Notes under the pieces: model-generated | Database searches by the model: none | What the model was told of the DNA's origin: nothing | Seen by the model: the letters and a program-made list of their open reading frames with translations, nothing else | Position numbers and translations under genes: made by a program | Shown here: positions 27,598-64,000 of the stretch, piece by piece | Layout of the letters: each line of letters starts with the position of its first letter | Numbering within the stretch: the stretch's first letter is position 1 | Assembly: GCA_963693365.1 (NCBI GenBank) | Contig: CAVNZM010000002.1 | Coordinates: 11,836,328-11,900,327 of the forward strand | Source: Amoebidium appalachense | Lineage: Eukaryota; Protista; Ichthyosporea | Length of the DNA stretch: 64,000 nucleotides | Direction: 5' to 3'

Positions 27598-28954
27598 TAG
27601 GGCCTTATGAAAAAAACCCGGGTATCACGGTGATATTCAGGGGTGTCCTGGATACCTGATATATCTCGTCCAGCTTGGGATGTATCCCGTGATATTCAGG
27701 GAGGGGGCGCAAAAAGATAATCTTTTGGTATCCACTAAAGTGTGATATATCCTGGGCCAAGGAGCAAGATATTTCCGGCCCTTTTTGTTTATGTTATCTA
27801 AAAGAAATGGCCATGTGGGGGACCTACGGGCGAGATTTGATCTTGGTGAACGTAAAACGACCAATGTAAACAAGCAGATTAATTATTTCCAAAATCATTG
27901 TCTTAGCCATAAATGGGTAATTTTATCGGGAATTAGCCAATTATGCACCACTTGCACTTCCCCAGGGAGCAAACAGCTAACGTATTAGAACGGGAGGCTA
28001 GGCGGTTTTATTCTCTTTCTTCCTCTCTTCCTCAATATATCCGTTTTAACTTGACTATCCTAGATCACCTTATTAATGCTGCACAGTATGATATTGTGAT
28101 CCGGTGCCTTAACTTTCTTTCGGAGCTACCGATGCTAGCCTCTGCTTACCCATAATATGTAATAGGGGTGTCATATACTACGATGGCGCTCATTGTTGCC
28201 TAGCATGTGTACACATGTCACTGGCTGCATTTGATTGGCTGCGCTGGAAAACGCAGTAGGCCGTCGAGTGTGGCCAGCTGGGCCTCCGGCAGTGTCCACG
28301 CAATAAAAAGTGTGTAAACCCCATTTCTCAAACAAAATAAAGCAATGAATTATAGTATTGATTTTAAATTTATACATGATGAAGCTGAGGCAAAGCTTAT
28401 GGTTGTACAATAAGGTGCATGAACAAGTACATATACATATGCCGCATAGTGAACTTTGATATGCAATGTATCAGTGTGTTCATGTATATATACGCACATA
28501 GCATGCATATGCATATGCCATGGCCAGTTCAACACCAGCTCATCCGCATCCTCAGCGCTGATGCGGCATGCACATAAATTTGGCCGGCCACATACAAATA
28601 CTAATGGCTTAGCTTTGTAAAAGCAGAGTTATACATTGCCTTAGTTCTGTAAAAGGGACTCACAGCAGAAAGGTATATTTGGGCGTATACTCTGCCGTTG
28701 GTGAGAGATATACGTACGATAGGTTTGCCCAAAAGGCTAATTGGGCCGGGATACTTGTGTATGATAATCAGGGGCTTGACGGGATATTTTTGATATATCT
28801 TTTGATATTCAGGGACGTTTTCGGGATATGTTGCAATGATACTCAGGGCGCTCTCAGAAAAAAAAAGGGGATATTCAGGGGCTAAGGCGATATTTTCGTG
28901 ATATATCCCGGTTGATACTCAGGGCGAAAAACAGGATATTTTCATAAGGCCCTA
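27598..28954. mobile_element. Non-autonomous hAT element, copy B, with an 8-bp TSD
   Basis: TIRs TAGGGCCTTATGAAAA at both ends; exact TSD TCACTGAC at 27590-27597 and 28955-28962; GATA(T/C)TCAGGG subterminal repeats. TAGGG ends with an 8-bp TSD are hAT hallmarks. Confidence 0.9.
28165..28322 (-). mobile_element. About 160-bp MITE nested in hAT copy B, inverted relative to 13316-13477
   Basis: Reverse complement aligns with 13317-13476 over its full length with a few indels. Confidence 0.7.
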
Positions 28955-29054
28955 TCACTGACTCGTCAGGCTGACGACACCGGGCGCACGTGAGCATGCT
29001 GCACGTACGGTTGTGATAGGAGACTATTAGGAGTTTGACAATAGAGTATAGACC

Positions 29055-29150
29055 TTTTTTTTTTTTAATTCTTTTTATTATTTTTATTTTATTTTATCAC
29101 GTTTTGTACCCGGAGGGCCCTCTAGGGAAACTACCGTCTACCACACAGCA
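29055..29150 (-). repeat. Dispersed hairpin plus A-rich tail motif, copy 2
   Basis: - strand GGTAGACGGTAGTTTCCCTAGAGGGCCCTCCGGGTACAAAACGTGATAAAATAAAAA resembles 9617-9707. Confidence 0.4.
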
Positions 29151-30326
29151 CCGACAGTACACTAGACAAGGTGCTATCTATGAGTTCAGCTAAGCTAAAC
29201 CATCCTTCACAACCTAACTATAAGTACACACTTTGCCCAGGGCTACTACCCCAGCCACGTATACATGTAGAGTGTAGCTATGGACCAAGAGATCACCAAT
29301 AACATATAGCAAATGTAAACATGTTAATTAGGATAATCTTCATGTACGGATTTTACGACTTTACCAATCACACACAAATGAAAAATTCTCATTATAAACC
29401 TTTAAATACACTGATCATATGACATATATATCCTTGCCTCGAGTAAACAGCGTAAACCCCATATATATATATATGTATACATGATGCATGATGTATATGT
29501 ATACTGCGCACACGTACTTATAGCTAGAGCTGAGTTTTGTACTACGTGTGAAAATATGCTATAGTATTGTGATATAGATAGTATATTTATTTGCACTATT
29601 GATTTCCGGTTTGTCTTTGTACAAATATGCCCTCGCGTCCCATGGCTCTTCGAATCTGAACAATGGTGCTATCAATTCCAGAAGGTGAAAATTCATAGTC
29701 ATCAGCCATGTTTCCCCCCAGCTATGGCGCACACGCATGTTGCCGAAGTCTCAAACAGGTGCACGCTACGTATAAGCACCATATGTATAGGTAAATGAAC
29801 GCACTAATAAAAAAAAATATAGCATTGACCAATAATTGCGATCGATCTGCCTTCTGAACTAAGGGCGTCACGGTCCACATCAGTTCAACTTGTGTAAAAG
29901 TGTAGCTTAAAACGTGACCATAGGTGACGTATACGCGCTCGGGTGCATAGATCAGTTAGTTGTTCCTTTGTTCTGTGGCTTCACTGAGTGCGACGCCCCT
30001 ATAACCAATTGGAAGTTTTGTTTTTTTGCAAAACCAAACAGCCTACTCCCTCATGTTCGTTTTGGATAACATCCAGGCAAATGAACTTAGTGCCCTTTTG
30101 TCTCTCTAGGAGCATAGCTACATCGCCTTATTTCCTTATTGATAGATGCAATTTACTGGGTTGGTGTCCAAGGGTGTGCTGTTTTTTCACGTTAACTCTG
30201 GGCACAGGCGAACGCAGCAATCACAGCTAAGTTTCTGTGCGGAACTACTATGATTTTAGAAGGGAAAACAAAGGAATATGGGCCCGCAAAGTAGTAACGA
30301 AAACACGTCGTTCCCCGTCCCCCAAA

Positions 30327-45015
<14,689 letters not shown>

Positions 45016-45101
45016 CTTGGATTGTGTATTCCATCTTCATAGATTGTGCAAAAGGAGAGCATGTGAGGAAGAGCATAATTTTCTCTTCTTCTTCTTCTTC
45101 T

Positions 45102-45244
<143 letters not shown>

Positions 45245-45551
45245 ATCTCTTTCTTCTTTTTTTCTTTTTTTTTCTAATGGTGGTGCGTTCGTGTGTGCTG
45301 CGCGCCCGCACGCGCACACGCGTGTTTGGTGGGGAGGAGGATACTGACATGCCATATTATTCCATCGTTGCAGAATTTCGACGGAAGACAAAGCTGAGTT
45401 GGCACCCAGCCAAGAGCAAATAGGCGCCCCGTCAGTGGCTGGTTGGTTCTTTCTGCCATGGCATGAGCGTATCGGTAACTTTTTTTTCCTACGGTCCCAT
45501 ATCTCGTTTCTCATCGTCAAGCAAACACACACACACACACATCAATGAATA

Positions 45552-45666
<115 letters not shown>

Positions 45667-45829
45667 ACACGCACACGCACACGCGCACGCGCGCGCGCGC
45701 GCACACACACAGACACACGCGCACACACAGACGCACACACACACACCGAGCGTGCTGGGCATGTAGGGGGGCAGTTTTACATCCCCCATTCATAACAGTC
45801 AGATGTATCTCGTAATGGACAGGAATGAG

Positions 45830-46050
45830 TTGATTAATGCTTATAATACAAACACAGTTAATTTATGCTTATGATGCGAGCATGTTTATTTTATGCTTAT
45901 AAGACGAGCATGTCTAATTTATGCTTATAATACGAGCATGTTTGATTTATGCTTATAGTACAAGCATCTTTAAATTATGCTTATAAAACAGGCAGATTAA
46001 TTTATGCTTATAATACAAGCCGCTTTAATTTATACTTATAGTGCAAGCAT
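45830..46050. repeat. AT-rich minisatellite, about 8 units of about 27 nt, between the convergent gene ends
   Basis: Consensus near TTAATTTATGCTTATAATACAAGCATG. Confidence 0.85.
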
Positions 46051-46340
46051 ATATGCGAATGTTTCCGCACACACACTCAGAGATGTAGGAGTGTGTGAAG
46101 GGTAACTACGAGAGATGCATTTATTTTCAAATGTGGCTGGACGCGCGTTTGTTGCTGTTTTGGTCCGCAGTTAAAAATACTGCTAGGAAGAAGTCGATTT
46201 TAAGTTTTGACGATGGACGTATTAATTCTATGTTTATGGCTGGTTTAACACACGTTTAAAAAATGATGTCCGAAACACAGGCAGGTTTTAGTATTTTATG
46301 GCGCAGCAAAGGTGTTTTTTGTTTGTTTGTTTGTTTGCTT

Positions 46341-46382
<42 letters not shown>

Positions 46383-46828
46383 GTTTGTTTGTTTGCTTTT
46401 TATTTCCCCCCAAGATCCTTGTTTGACGAGCGACCACTTCAAGTTTCACGTGTTTTTTTATAGCAAGATTTAGTGTTAAGGTGTGATATAAAGACTGAAC
46501 GGTTTAAACAAAACAATGGTTGGCATTTGTTTAAATGTTTAAGTTGGGAGATTTGATGTAAAGTGTAGTTTGTAGATGCAGAAGATTTTTTCCCCGAGAG
46601 AAATGATAGTCTGTGGATCTGTGGCGTGGATTTGTACTAGCCAGCTTGTTCAACTTGTGTACTAAATTTTAAATATCAGTAGGTTGTTTTTCCTTAGTGA
46701 AATGGACACGTGTGTGTAAGACGTGGTCTTAGACAGCATACACATGGCAAAGCACATGCACACACATGCACACACATGCACTCACACACACACACACAGA
46801 CACACACACAAAAAAAAAAAAACAAGCG

Positions 46829-46868
<40 letters not shown>

Positions 46869-46901
46869 CACGCACACACACACACAAGAAATCGCGCACA
46901 C

Positions 46902-46954
<53 letters not shown>

Positions 46955-47216
46955 CGCACACACGCACACACACAGTTTACATAATATATCACTATCTACA
47001 TTAGATAGATGACTCGAATCCAATATTAGACGAAAGTCTAGGTTTGGGCGCTAATAATTAGCCTCCTCTTGAGATCCACTTAGGGGCGGGGTCCCGGGAG
47101 TGTTGCCTGCAGGTCAGGCCGTGATACCGATATGTTATCAACCAATCGAAAAGAGCTACAATATTAAAGATTTTAAGTACCCGAAACCATTGGAGATTGC
47201 TATAACATGTGGAAAT

Positions 47217-47363
47217 TAAATGGGCCTTCTTTTAGGCCGATTCATTGTTTCGCTGGTCCTGTGATCGGGCCAAATGCTGTGTGACACGCACCAAGCCAAT
47301 CAACTTTGCATATATCCCATTCGGGTCTGACCCGACCCACATGCCTAAAAGAAAGCCCATTTA
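47217..47363. mobile_element. MITE, about 147 bp
   Basis: TIRs TAAATGGGCCTTCTTTTAGGC and revcomp TAAATGGGCTTTCTTTTAGGC. Confidence 0.75.
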
Positions 47364-47364
47364 G

Positions 47365-47515
47365 AGGGGGTTTCTTTTAGGCCGATTTATTGGCCCTTTC
47401 GGATGTATACATATATAATAGGCCAAAACGCTGTTTGATGCGTGTTTCGCCAATCACAAAGTGTATATCACATTCGAATCTAGACCCGACTCGGATACCC
47501 AAAAGAAATCCCCCT
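47365..47515. mobile_element. Related MITE, about 151 bp, abutting the previous one
   Basis: TIRs AGGGGGTTTCTTTT and revcomp AGGGGATTTCTTTT; interior collinear with 47217-47363 (TTCTTTTAGGCCGATT, GGCCAAA, GCCAATCA, CATTCG, GACCCGAC). Confidence 0.7.
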
Positions 47516-48142
47516 GCCTTTAACAAAACACATTGATTATGATAATAGGATTGATATTAGGGTGACAAGCAAAATGCCAGCGATGTGTACAACCATTTCA
47601 CTTATGTTTACCTAACATTCATTCCAGATAGACTCATGTACGCATGTTTCATTTCTCCTACCCAGAGAAAAGGAAAACAGAAAAAATTATTAGAGTGCCA
47701 CAAAAACGGAACCTGGTGACTGAATTCGAAGGAAAGAGAAGAAATACAAAAAAAAAGACAGAAAACAGGAAAGTGAGAACGAATAATATCGTAGAAGAAA
47801 ACAGCTTGTGTATCACAATGGGAGGATGTGTTGCCATGCACCCAAATATCGACCTATAGGCATTATCCACTGAAAATAAATAAGGCCACCGTAACTACTT
47901 AGACAACACACATATCTCAGACAATACAAAATCAACTAATCAACTGCATGTACAACTGCACGATAATTGCAAACAACCAAAAAACCCTCCGGAAACCAAA
48001 AAGGAGATAGCATTAAAAGAAACGCCCAGATAACAGCGAAATAATCTTTGTGTTATACTTGAAACTTTGGAAGTCGTCTCTAAACGACAGATCTCTCCTG
48101 GAAAGAGGGGGCCGGGGGGGGGGGGGAGGAGGGAGGGAGAGG

Positions 48143-48257
<115 letters not shown>

Positions 48258-48351
48258 CAGAGAGAGAGAATACCAGCGAAAAAGAAGGGAGTGAGAAATA
48301 TGTTATGTATAAAGTTATATAAAGTGGACATATTACCGGGGATTATTGATA

Positions 48352-61142
<12,791 letters not shown>

Positions 61143-61251
61143 ATGTTCCACAAGAAACCCAACACTATAAATTAGCCCCTGAGACTCAGTTTCGAAATAC
61201 CACTCAGCGTTTTGTACAATTATAAAGTAAACACTGGACTGTCCGCTGACA

Positions 61252-61383
61252 CTACCACCTACTGAGGCGGTGTCTCCCTTTTCTTTTCTTTTTTCTTTTT
61301 TTTTTTTTTTTTGCAAAAAGGGACCAAGTAGATGTATAACGTCGCACGTGCGGCAACACGTCAGTACGTGTACACATGTTAGC
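61252..61383. promoter_or_regulatory. Duplicated ACGTG-rich segment upstream of paralog B, copy 1
   Basis: CACGTG 61345, CACGTC 61357, TACGTG 61365; near-identical to 62102-62220; about 110 nt upstream of the tentative ATG. Confidence 0.45.
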
Positions 61384-62101
61384 CGCTGACACGGAGAGGC
61401 AAGAGCAATTGAGACGTGAGTGAGTGCACGCGCGTCCCGGGGCCCCGGACCACGGCCATCTAGAAACACCAGATGGCCGTGCCCCGGACAAAAGGTTTGC
61501 CTTACGTAAAGTACGTGGGCGACAGGCCTAAGATGCGCATAGTTTCCAATCATAAGATCCGCATGGTCAGATGACTGTATGGGGATAAGGTTCACTCACG
61601 TGCAACTTGTATCATCGAGTCAATCATTGTAAATTTACGAGTCGATGATATCATATTTACATGAAAAAAAAACAAATACACATACTGTAGTACAATTTGT
61701 CTATAAGCTCATAGTTAAATACTAGTCGAATTGAGTGTACTTTATTCAGATAGCGGCCAGTAAGCGCACGCACCCGTACGCGTGGTCATGCTACAGCAAC
61801 TGATGAGTCACTGGGGCTTTCAGCGCATGAAATGGGCGAGCCTGCTGGAATAGTTTCTAAGAAAATGGCACTGCCTGAGCAATACGCCGTGCACATGTGT
61901 CGGCGAAAATGTTTCGACAGCCGGCGCCACCAAGTACGCAATTTCGCATATCAATAAAGTCATTATTAAAAAAAAATAAAAAATAAAAAAATAAAAAAAT
62001 AAAAAAAATCACACCCTGAGCAGCTGGGGGTCGGCGATCCGTGCGGTAAGGTACATTCTAGGCGTCGGATCTCGAAAATCTCCTGGAGGTCTCTAGGAAA
62101 T

Positions 62102-62220
62102 CTACCACCTACTGAGGCGGTGTCTCCTTTTTTTTTTTTTTTTTTTTTTTTTACTTAAAAGGGACGCCTGAGTAGATGTTAAAACGTCGCACGTGCGGCA
62201 ACACGTCAGTACGTGTTAGC
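62102..62220. promoter_or_regulatory. Duplicated ACGTG-rich segment, copy 2
   Basis: CACGTG 62190, CACGTC 62202, TACGTG 62210; shares CTACCACCTACTGAGGCGGTGTCTCC plus the T-tract with copy 1. Confidence 0.45.
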
Positions 62221-64000
62221 TAGGAAATGATTCCATGCCCGCTGAGGTGGGCCATACGTCATTGCTAATGTAGGTTATGCCAAATAAATTATTGCCAGTG
62301 AGTGTGTGAATGCCCTGGAATTGAGCTATTCTCGATCATTTCTGCCATTTTGTCACCAAGTGCCAGGGAGAACACACAGTTCGTGCTCCCTGCCCATGCA
62401 TGCGCAAGCGCGCGCACAGCTCGATCGATCCGATTCGATCGATCGCACGGCTTCCAAGTTCCACAGGAAGTGACACAGACACACTGTGACGCCGACCAAT
62501 CGCTGTGCAAAAGCTGGCTCACGCGTAGAAATCCGCGCCAATAGGAACACAACGTGGTACGAGCGGCGCAGAGGCGCTGCGCCCGCCCCGAAGGCCTATT
62601 GTAGGCCGCAGCAGGCTCGCAACTTGCCAGCTCATGACGTGAACAATGCGATGCGCTGGCGCCATACATATGACATCCATGAGATCCGCCCCCATGTGCA
62701 AGGCGTTTGTCATTACATGTAGGATGAAATAATAATACGTGTAGGCCAATATATTATTATAATCAGAGTGTTTGCAGGCCATTGATATATGACATTGTAT
62801 CCTGCGCGGCTTACATAATGCATGTTTTTAGCGCCAAGACTGAGTCCATGCCTACCCTATGCCAATTTGGTGCATGGCCAGAGGCTGGGCACGTGCCACG
62901 TCACCCGTGATGATGTCGATGAGACTCCTACAGTGCAGAACTGCAGGTGCGTGTAGTGTACTTCACCCTATAGTTGGAACCTCGCCATTTTATTATCTAT
63001 TATTTATTATTTATTATTATTATTATTTTTTTTTTGGGGGGGGGGGGGGGGGGAGGGGGCGGGGAAAAAACTCAGGGGAGGGAGGGTGGGGGGGGGGGGA
63101 GGGGGGGGGGCGGGGAGGGGGGGAGGGGAGGGCTGAGCTTTAGAATTTAACACCGGCCAATCATTGGGCGGCAGTGTGCATACTAGTTCATTCGTAATGG
63201 CCATACTCGGCTACTCATACGAAGCCATCATGATATATCTCGATGATCATAATAATAATAATTATTATAAACACATGGACTTACTAGGAGTGTCATCCGT
63301 TTATATGTACCGCGAGGGCCTCGACTATGACATCACACGAAGACATGTTCTCGTTACCTTCTCCGCAATTGTCGGTTGTATTATAAATTTAAATCATTTA
63401 AATCGCCGACCTAAAATTTTCTAAATATGGCGCGATATCATGCTATTGTTTCAGGCGGTACTCCCCCATGGAGTATTCTAGTACGTCATTGGCCACCTGC
63501 TGGTCCAGATAGGACTGTGTGTGTGTGTGTAGGTGGGAGGGACCAGGGTGTGTGTGTGTGTGGGTGTGTGTGTGTGTGTGTGTGTGTGGGGGGGGGGTGG
63601 GGTGCGTGTGTGCGTGCGGCGTGTGTGCCACGTGGGTGGGTGTGTGTGTGGGTGGGTGTGTGTGTGTGTGTGGGGGGGGGGGGGTTGTGTGTGCGTGTGT
63701 GCGCGCGGCATGTGTGTGTGTGTTTGTGTGTGGGTGTGGGTGTTTGTGTGTGTGTGTGTGTGCGTGTGTGTGTGTGCGGGTGTTGTGAGTGCGTGCGTGT
63801 GTGCGTGCGTGCGTGCGTTTGTGTGTGTTTCTTTGTGTGTGTGTGTGTTTCTTTGTGTGTGTTGGTGAGGGGCCGGGCGGGAGGGGGGAGATGGGGAGGA
63901 AAGGGGGGCGGGGGAGGAGGGAGGGAGGGAGGGGGGAGCAAACCGTGTCATCATACAGGCCAATTAAAAAATTCCCTACGCCTCAACAGCCCCCCTCCCC

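Overview
Eukaryotic, intron-rich genomic DNA loaded with (CA)n/(TG)n, (GA)n and poly-C/poly-G tracts; nearly all ORFs in the six-frame track are microsatellite read-throughs. Manual exon chaining on GT-AG sites gives: the last exon of an unknown + strand gene (868-1151); a complete 3-exon EMC6 gene (- strand, 110 aa); and a tail-to-tail pair of paralogous bHLH-PAS-PAS transcription factor genes (+ 30327-45015, about 833 aa; - 61142-48352, about 784 aa). The two share intron phases, atypical basic regions and an unrecognised conserved helical segment after PAS-B. The window also holds a TA-flanked Tc1/mariner(pogo)-like element without a DDE domain, two hAT-type non-autonomous elements that each carry the same nested MITE, other MITEs, minisatellites (one is an array of branch point plus 3' splice site units), a duplicated structured intronic unit with C/D-box features and an intronless orphan ORF pair. 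Gene style suggests a unicellular holozoan such as an ichthyosporean (inference only). Homopolymer errors are likely, so some apparent frameshifts may be artefacts.
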